Source: an uncultured bacterium
GTDB taxonomy: Bacteria; Oederibacteriota; Oederibacteriia; Oederibacteriales; Oederibacteriaceae
DNA length: 64,000 nucleotides
NCBI GenBank assembly: GCA_965112635.1
Contig: OZ218778.1
Location: 2,752,001-2,816,000, forward strand
Reading direction: 5' to 3'
Below, in pieces: positions 10,479-19,341 of the stretch. Every line of letters starts with the position of its first letter. Positions within the stretch are counted from its first letter, which is position 1. The position numbers were made by a program, and so were the translations under genes. Below the pieces are notes generated by a model. The model was not told the origin of the DNA. It worked only from the letters and a program-made list of their open reading frames with translations, and did not search any database.

Positions 10479-11258
10479 CTACCCCCTCATAATATCGATA
10501 GGCCCGACCGCCTTGCCGTTGATGAACTGCTGCACTACAGGGTCCTGGCTCGATTTGATCTCTTCCGGCGACCCCTCGGCGATGATCTTGCCCTCGTAAA
10601 GCATAGCGATCCGGTCCGCGATCTTGTAGGCGCTCACCATGTCGTGCGTCACGACCACCGAGGTCTTGTGGAGCTTTGCCTGCAGGTCCAGGATCAGGTC
10701 GTTGATGGCATCCGCCATGATCGGGTCCAGGCCCGTGGTCGGTTCATCGTAAAGGATGATCTCCGGGTTCATGGCGATGGCCCGCGCCAGGCCCACCCTT
10801 TTGCGCATACCGCCGGAAAGTTCGGCCGGCTTTTTACGCTGCACCCCCGGCAGACCCACCAGGGCCAGCTTTTCCCTGACGACCGCCGCTTCCTGGTCCG
10901 GGGTCAGATCCCCGTAACGGTGCAGCCCAAAACTGACGTTCTCTTCCACGTCTAGGGAGTCAAAAAGTGCCGCTCCCTGGAAAAGCATGCCGAACTTCCT
11001 CCGCAGGATGGTCATCTGGTCCTCGTTTAGCATGGTGATATCCTTGCCGTCGACAAAAATATTACCGCTGTCCGGACGCAACAGGCCGATCAGGTGCTTC
11101 AAAAGTACGCTTTTGCCGCAGCCGCTCCGCCCGATGATGACCAAAGTCTCGCCCCGGTAGATCTTGAGATTGGTCCCATTGAGCACGATCTGCCCACCCA
11201 GGGATTTACCCAGGTTAGCGACCTCAATGATCACATCCTTTTGTTCGGGCATAAACAT
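10479..11258 (-). CDS. mlaF: MlaF-type ABC ATPase
   Basis: GRSGCGKS, FQGAALFDSL, LSGGMRKRVGLARA, YDEPTTGLDP. Confidence 0.9.
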   Translation of the reverse strand: MFMPEQKDVIIEVANLGKSLGGQIVLNGTNLKIYRGETLVIIGRSGCGKSVLLKHLIGLLRPDSGNIFVDGKDITMLNEDQMTILRRKFGMLFQGAALFDSLDVEENVSFGLHRYGDLTPDQEAAVVREKLALVGLPGVQRKKPAELSGGMRKRVGLARAIAMNPEIILYDEPTTGLDPIMADAINDLILDLQAKLHKTSVVVTHDMVSAYKIADRIAMLYEGKIIAEGSPEEIKSSQDPVVQQFINGKAVGPIDIMRG

Positions 11259-11273
11259 CTCCTCAGCGGATAG

Positions 11274-12050
11274 CTAAAATAATAAAGCCGTTAGAAAATA
11301 ATCCGATACCAGGATACCCATTAAAGAAACGACTACCGACCAGGTCGTGGACTGCCCCACCCCCTCGGCTCCGCCCGTGGTCTTGAAACCTTTGTAGCAG
11401 CCGACCATGGCGATGATCGCCCCGAAGAAAACGGTCTTGATGAGACCGCTGAAAATATCTTTTAAGGTCAACATATCCAGAGCGTTATCAATAAAACTGG
11501 TCCCGGACAGGTTCAACTTGGCCGTAGCCACGATAAAACCCCCGAACACGCCAATCACATCCGCGAAAATGGTCAGAAGCGGCAGCATCACCAGGCAGGC
11601 TAGCAACCTGGGGACGGCGAGGTACTTAATGGGGTTGGTGGCCATAGTCACCAGGGCGTCGATCTGCTCCGTGACTTTCATGGTCCCAATTTCCGCGGCA
11701 ATGGAGGAGCCGATACGACCGGCCACGATCATGGCGGTCAGAAGCGGCCCCAATTCGCGCACCATCGGAATGGTGACCACTGCTCCAAGGTACTGGGAAA
11801 TGCCCACCATCTTGGACTCCAGCGTGATCCCTGACTGCAGGGCGAGGATCATTCCCGTGGAAAGCGCCGTGATCGTGGTCACGACAAGGGAATTGACCCC
11901 GATCTCTACCATCTGATTGATGGTATTGCGGATCTCCCAGGGCCTCTGCAGGGACAGCTGCAGGGTCTGGAAAAACAAGACGAGGATCTGTCCCAGGTCA
12001 TCCACAAAAGCAATGACCGTCTTGCCTACCGCCCGGATGTATTGCAGCAT
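11274..12050 (-). CDS. mlaE: MlaE-type ABC permease
   Basis: RELGPLLTA, AGRIGSSIAAEIGTMKVTEQIDAL, GGAEGVG motifs. Confidence 0.92.
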   Translation of the reverse strand: MLQYIRAVGKTVIAFVDDLGQILVLFFQTLQLSLQRPWEIRNTINQMVEIGVNSLVVTTITALSTGMILALQSGITLESKMVGISQYLGAVVTIPMVRELGPLLTAMIVAGRIGSSIAAEIGTMKVTEQIDALVTMATNPIKYLAVPRLLACLVMLPLLTIFADVIGVFGGFIVATAKLNLSGTSFIDNALDMLTLKDIFSGLIKTVFFGAIIAMVGCYKGFKTTGGAEGVGQSTTWSVVVSLMGILVSDYFLTALLF

Positions 12051-12062
12051 AAAAACCCTTCT

Positions 12063-13199
12063 TTAACCAGTTTTGGCGACCCTGCGAACCCGCTGGGTGA
12101 TCAGGGTCGTGACTTCGTAATTAATAGTATTTAACTTTTTAGCAATTTCCTCAACAGTAATAATATCCTTACCCTGCCTGCCTATCAAGACGACCTCATC
12201 GCCGATCCTGGCATTTTTGATCTTGCCCGCATCGACCATGCAGGCGTCCATACACACGACGCCAACGACCGGGACCCTTTTCCCGTGGAGTAAAACCTCA
12301 GCCTGGTTGCCCAGCCGTCTGAGATACCCGTCCCCATAACCAACAGGAAGAGTCGCAATGAGGGTTGGTTTTTTAGTCCTAAAAGTGTGGCCGTAACTGA
12401 TCCCCGTGCCAGCGGGTACCCTTTTGAGGTAATCCACCCGCGTTTTCAGCGTCAGGACGGGTTTTAAGGAGATGTGTCTTTGGTGGGCTGGATGAGGATA
12501 CAACCCGTACAGGATAAGTCCCGGCCTGACCATATCCAGATGCGACTCGGGAAAAGACAGCAAGGAGGTGCTGTTGGCCATGTGTCTGCAAAATCCTCCC
12601 AAACCCCGGCCTTCCAGGTCAGTCAGCGTCCTGTTGAACATTTTGATCTGGTCCAGGCTGAACTGCTTGTCCGGGTAGGACAGGGGGAAGTGGCTGAAGA
12701 TGCCTTTGATCCTCAAATGAGGCAGCCGGGAAACTTTTTCCATGAACGGAAGGACGTCTTGGGGAAAAATGCCCAGACGCCCCATGCCCGTGTCCACTTT
12801 GATATGGACATTGGCGGTAAGGGATGGGCGCTTCAGGGAACGCGCCAGCCTTGACGCGGCCCGGGACAAAGCCTCGGCCAAGTCCAGAGTGCAGACCGAG
12901 GCCTCCAGGCCGGCCTCCACGACTTTTTCGGCTTCTTGGGGGAGGGCTTGAACGAGGAGCAGGATAGGCTTTTTAATCCCCAGCTTTTTGAGGGCCTTGC
13001 CTTCCCAGGGGGTTGCCACTCCAAAGGCATCGACCCCGCTGCGGTCCAGCACCGGCGCGACCAGCGAACTGTCATGGCCGTAGGCATTGGCCTTGACCAC
13101 GGCCAAAATCTTGGTGCGGGGTTGGAGCTTATTCCTGATCGCAGAAACATTGTGACGCAGGGCTTCGAGGTCTATTTCGACCCAAGTCTTGGGGTTCAA
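12063..13199 (-). CDS. alr: alanine racemase
   Basis: AVVKANAYGH (PLP lysine), HIKVDTGMGRLG, GISYG, GYGDG, CMD, TINYE. Confidence 0.97.
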   Translation of the reverse strand: MNPKTWVEIDLEALRHNVSAIRNKLQPRTKILAVVKANAYGHDSSLVAPVLDRSGVDAFGVATPWEGKALKKLGIKKPILLLVQALPQEAEKVVEAGLEASVCTLDLAEALSRAASRLARSLKRPSLTANVHIKVDTGMGRLGIFPQDVLPFMEKVSRLPHLRIKGIFSHFPLSYPDKQFSLDQIKMFNRTLTDLEGRGLGGFCRHMANSTSLLSFPESHLDMVRPGLILYGLYPHPAHQRHISLKPVLTLKTRVDYLKRVPAGTGISYGHTFRTKKPTLIATLPVGYGDGYLRRLGNQAEVLLHGKRVPVVGVVCMDACMVDAGKIKNARIGDEVVLIGRQGKDIITVEEIAKKLNTINYEVTTLITQRVRRVAKTG

Positions 13200-13209
13200 G
13201 GGAGGGGGC

Positions 13210-14583
13210 CTACTGTTCTTCGGGTTCTTGGGCCATGGAATACGGCCTGAAACTGGTGAACTCTTTCATAAACACCAGCTTGAGCGAACCAAGCGGCCCG
13301 TTGCGGTTCTTGGCCACTTCCAAAATGCGCGTCCGGTCCTCTTCGCTCTCTTCTTCTTCGTTCTTCTTGAGCTCCTTGTAGAGCAACAAAACGACGTCCG
13401 CGTCTTGCTCCAGGGAGCCGCTCTCCCGCAGGTCCGACAGCTGGGGCTTGCGGCGGCTCTCCCCGCGCGCCGCCCCTTCCATGTTGCGGGTGAGCTGGCA
13501 AAGCGCCAGGACGGGGATATTGAGCTCCTTGGCCAGGGCCTTGAGAGAATGCGAGATCTGGCTGACTTCGACCTGCCGGCTTTCCACCCGGCGGGTGTCA
13601 TGGATCAGCTGGAGGTAGTCCACGATGATGATGCCGATGTCCTTGTCGGCTTTGATACGCCGCGCCTTGGCCCTGAGCTCCATGGAGCTCAAATAGCTGG
13701 AATCGTCGATGTAGATCTGGGCTTCGTCATACAACCCTGCGGCCGTGGCCAGCTTGGTGACATCGTCGCTCTGGGAAAATCCTGTATAGAGGTCGTGGAG
13801 GTTGACGCTTGCCTGGGCACAAAGGAGCCTTCCCACCAGTTCGGGGGCGGTCATTTCCAGGGAAAAGAAGGCGACCGGCACTTTTTGGGTGATACTCAGC
13901 CACCGGGTGATATCCAAAGCCAGGCTTGTCTTGCCCAGCGAAGGACGGGCGCCCAGGATGATGAAATTGCCGTTTTGGAAACCTCTCAGATAGTGGTCCA
14001 GCTGTTCAAACCCGGAGGTGACCCCGGAGTTCCAACCCTCTCCGTGCTTGATGCTGGCCATCTCGTTATAGGTGCTCCGGACAAGGGATTTGAAGTCCTT
14101 GAAATCCTTCCTGAGGGCCTGCTGGGAGATGGAAAAGATCTGCGACTCGGCGAAATCCACCAGCTTGTCCACTTCTTCCTCAGCCTTAAAAGAACGGGTG
14201 GCGATCTCGTTGGCCGCCTGGTTGAGGCGCCGCAGCATCGCGTTGTCCTTGACAATCTGGGCATAGTGGGCGGCATGGGCCGAAGTGGCCACGCTGTCGA
14301 GGATCTCGGTCAGGAACACGGCGCCTCCGACCCGTTCCAGCAGATTCTGGCGCTTGAGGTCGTCGCTCACCGTGATCAGGTCGATGGGCTGGTTCTTGTC
14401 GTAAAGGTTAAGGATGGATTGGTAGACGGTCTTATGGGAATCAAGATAGAAATCCTCGGGGCTTAAAAGCTCCCGGATGTTGATCAACGACTTGGGGTCC
14501 CTGAGGATCGCTCCCAAGACCGAGCGCTCCCCTTCCAGGCTGTGCGGAGGCACCTGGAAAGGGGCTGGAGAAGACGGAACCAT
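13210..14583 (-). CDS. dnaB: replicative DNA helicase
   Basis: PPHSLEGE, GARPSLGKT, IVDYLQLI, SDLRESGSLEQDAD, KNRNGP; no intein. Confidence 0.97.
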   Translation of the reverse strand: MVPSSPAPFQVPPHSLEGERSVLGAILRDPKSLINIRELLSPEDFYLDSHKTVYQSILNLYDKNQPIDLITVSDDLKRQNLLERVGGAVFLTEILDSVATSAHAAHYAQIVKDNAMLRRLNQAANEIATRSFKAEEEVDKLVDFAESQIFSISQQALRKDFKDFKSLVRSTYNEMASIKHGEGWNSGVTSGFEQLDHYLRGFQNGNFIILGARPSLGKTSLALDITRWLSITQKVPVAFFSLEMTAPELVGRLLCAQASVNLHDLYTGFSQSDDVTKLATAAGLYDEAQIYIDDSSYLSSMELRAKARRIKADKDIGIIIVDYLQLIHDTRRVESRQVEVSQISHSLKALAKELNIPVLALCQLTRNMEGAARGESRRKPQLSDLRESGSLEQDADVVLLLYKELKKNEEEESEEDRTRILEVAKNRNGPLGSLKLVFMKEFTSFRPYSMAQEPEEQ

Positions 14584-14586
14584 GGA

Positions 14587-15108
14587 TTAGCTCTCCTTAT
14601 CAGCCTTCTTGGTTCGTTTCGCGGCTGGCTTTTTCTCTGTCTTTTTGGCGGCCTTTTCCGGGGCGGCCTGCGCGACCACCTGGACGCTCAGGTTGGCTTT
14701 GATTTCGTGGGCCAGGGCGATCGGGATGGAAAATTGGCCGACGGTCTTTAAGGGTTCCGCCAGTTCGATCTTGCGCCTGTCCACCTCGAACCCCTTGGCC
14801 TTGAGGGCCTCGGCAATATCGTGGGCGGTCACGGACCCGAACAACTTGCCTTCTTCCCCGGTGGTCTTCTCGATCACCAGCGAAAGGCTCTCCATCTGCT
14901 TGGCCAGGGCCTCGACCTCCGTCTTTTCCTTGGCGGCTTTGGCCGCGTGGGCCTTTTGAAGGTCCGCCACAAGCTTCAGATTGCTCTCGGTGGCCTCGAG
15001 GACGATCTTTTTGGGGAGCAGGTAATTCCGGGCATACCCTTCGGCCACGCTGACGACTTCGCCCACTTTCCCCAGCTTTTCAATGTTCTCTTTCAGGATC
15101 ACTTTCAT
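14587..15108 (-). CDS. rplI: 50S ribosomal protein L9
   Basis: MKVIL...GYARNYLLP, GKLFGSVT. Confidence 0.97.
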   Translation of the reverse strand: MKVILKENIEKLGKVGEVVSVAEGYARNYLLPKKIVLEATESNLKLVADLQKAHAAKAAKEKTEVEALAKQMESLSLVIEKTTGEEGKLFGSVTAHDIAEALKAKGFEVDRRKIELAEPLKTVGQFSIPIALAHEIKANLSVQVVAQAAPEKAAKKTEKKPAAKRTKKADKES

Positions 15109-15171
15109 TTTGACACCCTCCTCGTTAATTTTGGATAGATGATATCCAGCATATTTCCAACCGGGCCTTGA

Positions 15172-16119
15172 TCAGACCACCCGGAGCTTCCTGAAGTCGA
15201 ACCAAAAATCAAACGCCCCCAGGACCGCTACCAAAATGGCTAAAAAAGGCTCCAGCATGATCACCACTAAAAGCATAACGGTCCAAAAAAAGGACCGCTG
15301 CCATTTCTGAAAAAAGAAAGCAGCAATAGCCATACCCATCATAAAATAAATCGACGCAAAAGTCGTCAAAAGATTCACGCTCAGGTTCGTCAAAAAGGTC
15401 ACTTTCAGATACGACGCGGCAAAGTAAAGGAAAAAACTGACGATAAAAACCCAAATCCAAAGGTCCGGCACCTTCCATTCCGTAAAAGGGGCAAAATCCC
15501 CGTCGAACCAGTCAACCCTTTTCAGGTATTTCGCGACTAGGCTGTAATTGAACCAGCTGATGGTCAGGGTAAAACTAAAAAGGAGCGCAGGGACCGTGAT
15601 CCTGATATATTCCAGGGTGTTCTCACACAATTCTCTGGCCATCCCCACCTTGGCCGCGTCCCCGCCGTTGTCCTGATAGGTCTTGATAGCGCTTTCCATC
15701 CATGTCCGCAACTGGGACAGGCTTGAACCGACGACATCCGCGTGAAAAAGCCTGGGTGAATAAATCAGCAGAACATAGATCAGGACAAAACTGATCAGGC
15801 TGCCGCTGAAAACCGCCTGGTTAAGGCTCCCGCGTCTGCGGATGACCAGCCCCAAGCAGGTAATGATGGGCAAAAACCCCAGGATCCAGATGAGCGTGTC
15901 CAGGGGGCCCGCCAAAAAAGTGACGACGGCCACGCTGACCGCTCCTCCCACGCTGCCCCATCCAAAACCGTACCGCACAAGAAGGATCAGCAGGGGCAAT
16001 GGGATGAACAAGACCACAAAAACGGCCGTGCCCGGGAAATGCAGGCCATAGGCGAGGAATGCGGAAGCCAGGCCTCCCAAAACGCTATCCTTTACTTTAA
16101 GCCAGAACGTTTGTTCCAT
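15172..16119 (-). CDS. DUF2232/YybS family membrane protein
   Basis: Multi-TM protein, FTEWKVP, C-terminal LGAFDFWFDFRK; canonical position between rpsR and rplI. Confidence 0.85.
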   Translation of the reverse strand: MEQTFWLKVKDSVLGGLASAFLAYGLHFPGTAVFVVLFIPLPLLILLVRYGFGWGSVGGAVSVAVVTFLAGPLDTLIWILGFLPIITCLGLVIRRRGSLNQAVFSGSLISFVLIYVLLIYSPRLFHADVVGSSLSQLRTWMESAIKTYQDNGGDAAKVGMARELCENTLEYIRITVPALLFSFTLTISWFNYSLVAKYLKRVDWFDGDFAPFTEWKVPDLWIWVFIVSFFLYFAASYLKVTFLTNLSVNLLTTFASIYFMMGMAIAAFFFQKWQRSFFWTVMLLVVIMLEPFLAILVAVLGAFDFWFDFRKLRVV

Positions 16120-16201
16120 GATAGGTCCCGGTTTCCCTCAGAAGTTTTACGTAACGGATTGCCGGTGGAATGACTGCGGCCAGAGATTCAATGACGATGG
16201 A

Positions 16202-16504
16202 CTATTCGGCGGTGTAGGCAAGCAACGCTACGTTCCTGCCCCTTTTGATGGCCCTGGTCAGCTGCCTCTGATGCTTGGCGCAATTGCCCGTGACCCGCCG
16301 GGGAACAATCTTCCCCCGCTCGGAAAGGAAAGTCCTCAGCCTCGCAAAGTCCTTAAAGTCAATATGGACGACCTTCTCAGCGCAAAACCGACAGACCTTT
16401 TTCCGTTTGCGCTTAGGCTCTATGAAATCGAGGTCTTCCCTGCCCTTAGGCCTTCTTTTTTTGAACGGTTTCTTACCTTTTTTTATAGGCGGCACTTTAT
16501 TCAT
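16202..16504 (-). CDS. rpsR: 30S ribosomal protein S18 (zinc-binding type, basic N-terminal extension)
   Basis: [31 protein letters not shown]. Confidence 0.96.
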   Translation of the reverse strand: MNKVPPIKKGKKPFKKRRPKGREDLDFIEPKRKRKKVCRFCAEKVVHIDFKDFARLRTFLSERGKIVPRRVTGNCAKHQRQLTRAIKRGRNVALLAYTAE

Positions 16505-16510
16505 CCTTCT

Positions 16511-16939
16511 TTAGAAGGGGACTTCTTCCCCTTCAGTTTCTGTAGATGTTTCAACTGCTGGCGTACCTTCAGACGCTGGGGCCGGCGCTTCGCTCGCCTG
16601 TGCACCCTTGATCTTCCCGATGAACTGCACCCTGAGCGCCACGACCTCGAGGATGTTGTGCTTCTTGCCGTCTTCCGATTCCCAGCTCCGGCTCTGCAGA
16701 CGGCCTTCCACAAAGATTGGGCTGCCCTTGACCAAATACTGGCCGCAGCTCTCGGCCTGCTTGCCCCACACCACCACGTTGAGGTAACAAACGTCCTCTT
16801 TCTGCTCGCCTGTGGCGGATTTATAAGTATGGTTGATCGCCATCCTCAGGTTGGCGACCGGCGACCCACCCGCGGTGTATCTGAGTTCCGGGTCCTTGGT
16901 CAGATTACCCATCAAAAGGACCTTGTTCAAGTTAGCCAC
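16511..16939 (-). CDS. ssb: single-stranded DNA-binding protein
   Basis: LNKVLLMGNLTKDPELRYT, VEGRLQSRSWE, acidic C-terminal EEVPF. GTG start after AAGGAGG. Confidence 0.97.
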   Translation of the reverse strand: MANLNKVLLMGNLTKDPELRYTAGGSPVANLRMAINHTYKSATGEQKEDVCYLNVVVWGKQAESCGQYLVKGSPIFVEGRLQSRSWESEDGKKHNILEVVALRVQFIGKIKGAQASEAPAPASEGTPAVETSTETEGEEVPF

Positions 16940-16978
16940 CGTGCCCTCCTTCAACTTCCCAAAACTGGCCTTGAGATA

Positions 16979-17347
16979 TTACGCCTTGACCGCCGCTGGC
17001 CTCGGAACCTCTTTCTTTTTCTTCTTCTTCGACAGCTTGGCGGGGATCTTCTTGACCTTGATGACCTTGACCGTCATGTTCTGCAAAATCTCTTCGGTCA
17101 CCCGGCAGGTGCCGCCCAGCTCCGCGATGGTCTGGGGGGAAGAGGTCTTGAATAAAAAGAAGAAAAAGTTCCCTTCCTTTTGCCCATTGACCTCATAGCT
17201 GAACTTGCGCTTGCCCCATTTATCGGCCTTTTCGATGGTCCCGCCGTTTTGGGTGATGATCTGGCTCAGCTTGTCGATCAGCTTGGCCGCTTTTTCGTCC
17301 TCCACTCTCGGGTCCAACGCGATGATGCTTTCGTAATAGTTTTCCAT
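16979..17347 (-). CDS. rpsF: 30S ribosomal protein S6
   Basis: YESII, WGKRKFSYEV; rpsF-ssb-rpsR order. Confidence 0.93.
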   Translation of the reverse strand: MENYYESIIALDPRVEDEKAAKLIDKLSQIITQNGGTIEKADKWGKRKFSYEVNGQKEGNFFFFLFKTSSPQTIAELGGTCRVTEEILQNMTVKVIKVKKIPAKLSKKKKKKEVPRPAAVKA

Positions 17348-17363
17348 TTCTCTCTCTTCCCTT

Positions 17364-17897
17364 CTAAAATCGGTTCTGAACCAGCAATATCGGCTGGCCT
17401 TGCGGCCCCAAGCCGATGGTCGGGGTCAGATGATGCTCCTGATTATATTCCTCGGCCGCGATGGGCGCGTGCAAAAAATCCGCCGCCCAAGTGATCAAAA
17501 AGACCGCCGACGCCCCCCAGATGATATTGGCCCCGCTGGATTTGTCCCACGCCCAGATGCTGCCGATGGCTCCGCTTTGCACATCGTCAGCGGCCTGCCT
17601 CAGCCCGTAACCCAGCATGGCCAGGGACACCATTTCACCGCCGAATAAAGCGTATCCGGTCCTCAGGTCGTCCGCCATAACATGTCCAAGTCCGTGCACG
17701 ACAAACCCCGGGATCACAGCGACCATGAACACATTTTCCGGGGCCCTATAAGTGAACTCGGCCTGGGTCTGGGGCGCTTTGGTCTCGGATTGCTCTTCTT
17801 CAGTGGCCTCGAATCCCGCGGCCCAAACAGGAAGGGTGGCCATAAAACCCGCGATAACGAACCCAGCGATTCCCACCCCTATTTTGGCCCAATTCAT
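17364..17897 (-). CDS. hypothetical membrane/secreted protein
   Basis: Signal-like N-terminus, hydrophobic segments (IPGFVVHGLGH), C-terminal beta-strand ending in F. SD GGAG present. Confidence 0.65.
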   Translation of the reverse strand: MNWAKIGVGIAGFVIAGFMATLPVWAAGFEATEEEQSETKAPQTQAEFTYRAPENVFMVAVIPGFVVHGLGHVMADDLRTGYALFGGEMVSLAMLGYGLRQAADDVQSGAIGSIWAWDKSSGANIIWGASAVFLITWAADFLHAPIAAEEYNQEHHLTPTIGLGPQGQPILLVQNRF

Positions 17898-17961
17898 TTT
17901 TTCTCCAATATCTGCAACGACAAAATCAACTATTTATCTATGCAATTCGGTTGAGGGTGCA

Positions 17962-17990
17962 AAAATATCATACTTCTTAACCCCTGTCAA
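17962..17990 (-). promoter_or_regulatory. putative sigma70 promoter for the hypothetical-rpsF-ssb-rpsR operon
   Basis: TTGACA (17985-90), 17 nt spacer, TGaTATTTT (-10 at 17962-67). Confidence 0.5.
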
Positions 17991-18017
17991 CCAATACCCC
18001 CAAACTTGTGCTAACGA

Positions 18018-19289
18018 TCAAAAAAGTTCTATCTGGCCGGCATTTTTCTTTTTTTTCGAGCTCAAGCCCGCGCTCCGCTTGCTTTCCTCAAAGATCAGGA
18101 CCTTGCCGTATTCCCCGTCAAAACCGGGGATTATGTCGATATTCCCTTCCCTGACCCGGCGGATCCCTTCCAAAACCTTGGGCGGCACCGCCTTGGCCGC
18201 CTGTTCCAGGCTCATTTCCAGCAAAAGGTCCAGCTCCGAGATCCCGTGGCTGAGGATTTCCTCGTAGCATCTGCCCGCCTTGACCGAGGTAGGACCGGTG
18301 CCCAGGGCCTCCGCGATGATCTCGATCAACTGGACGCTGTGCTTCTGGGGTACAAAGCGCTCGTCGCTAAAATCCCACGGCCGGTCGGCCAGCTCCTCCA
18401 CCCTGTGCAGGACCCCAAGGGTCAAGGGTTTGTAACAGCGGGGACACCGATTTTGTTTTTCTTTGGATTCCCGCGGATGCAGGGATACTCCGCAATCCTT
18501 GTGCCCGTCGTAATGGTACCTGCCCTCGTCCGGGTAATATTCTATGGTACAGAGGAACTGTTTCCTGTCGTTGCTCTTGATCGCCCTTACGATCCCCTCG
18601 TAGCTCAGTTTGCAATCCAGGACATTGGCCTCCCGGCCCAGACGGCTGGGCGAATGGCTGTCCGAATTGGAGATCAGAGCCACGTGATCCAGGGCGGAAA
18701 GCCGGCGGTTCATGGTCATGTCCGAGGACAGGCCCGTCTCGATGGCGTAAATGTGCTTGGCCTCCTCCTCGAAACATTCTTCCAGGGAGTCGAACCCGGA
18801 TTTGGAACCAAAAACGGCGAACCAGGGCGTCCAGGCATGGGCCGGCACCAGGAAACAGCGGTCGTCGATGCCCAGGACGATCTTGACCAGCTCTTTGACC
18901 GGCAGTCCCAGGATAGGCCGTCCGTCCGAGGCGATATTTCCCCTGCTGGCCAGCTCCTTGTTGATCTTTTCCACCGAGGCGAGATCTGGCGCGAAAATAA
19001 GGGTGTGGACCCGGCGCGTCTTGCCTCCCTGGGAATAGATGCTACTGATCTCGCTGGTCAGCATGAAGTGGGTGCCACAGCCCCCTTTTTTCAGGAGATA
19101 CAGGCCGTCCGGCCCCTCTTTGAGTTTGCTTTTGAGCAGCTTGAAATATTCCGGGTGGGTGAAGTCGCCGGTCCCCAGCACCTGGATCCCCTTTTTCCTG
19201 GCCCAGGGGTCCATGCTCTCCACTTCCATGAGCGGGCTGGTGGCGCGGCTGAACTTGGAATGCACGTGCAGGTCGGCGATGATCTTCAT
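18018..19289 (-). CDS. endonuclease Q family PHP-domain protein (TIGR00375-like)
   Basis: ADLHVHSKFSRATS, GTGDFTHP, PAHAWTPW, ETGLSSD, SNSDSHS, C-x2-C zinc motif, PGFDGEYG. ATG 19289 preferred over the ORF-track start. Confidence 0.9.
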   Translation of the reverse strand: MKIIADLHVHSKFSRATSPLMEVESMDPWARKKGIQVLGTGDFTHPEYFKLLKSKLKEGPDGLYLLKKGGCGTHFMLTSEISSIYSQGGKTRRVHTLIFAPDLASVEKINKELASRGNIASDGRPILGLPVKELVKIVLGIDDRCFLVPAHAWTPWFAVFGSKSGFDSLEECFEEEAKHIYAIETGLSSDMTMNRRLSALDHVALISNSDSHSPSRLGREANVLDCKLSYEGIVRAIKSNDRKQFLCTIEYYPDEGRYHYDGHKDCGVSLHPRESKEKQNRCPRCYKPLTLGVLHRVEELADRPWDFSDERFVPQKHSVQLIEIIAEALGTGPTSVKAGRCYEEILSHGISELDLLLEMSLEQAAKAVPPKVLEGIRRVREGNIDIIPGFDGEYGKVLIFEESKRSAGLSSKKKKNAGQIELF

Positions 19290-19341
19290 AGGCGTGGCCG
19301 TGCTCTCAGAGGACCCTCCGGATTTGTCCCTTCCATCCTGA

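Noticed and set aside
13210-14583. Intein in DnaB
   Set aside because: The length (457 aa) and contiguous motifs leave no room for an insertion.
17348-17960. S6:S18-binding leader RNA upstream of rpsF
   Set aside because: Only 16 nt separate rpsF from the upstream ORF, and I could not identify the conserved hairpin in the distal leader by eye.
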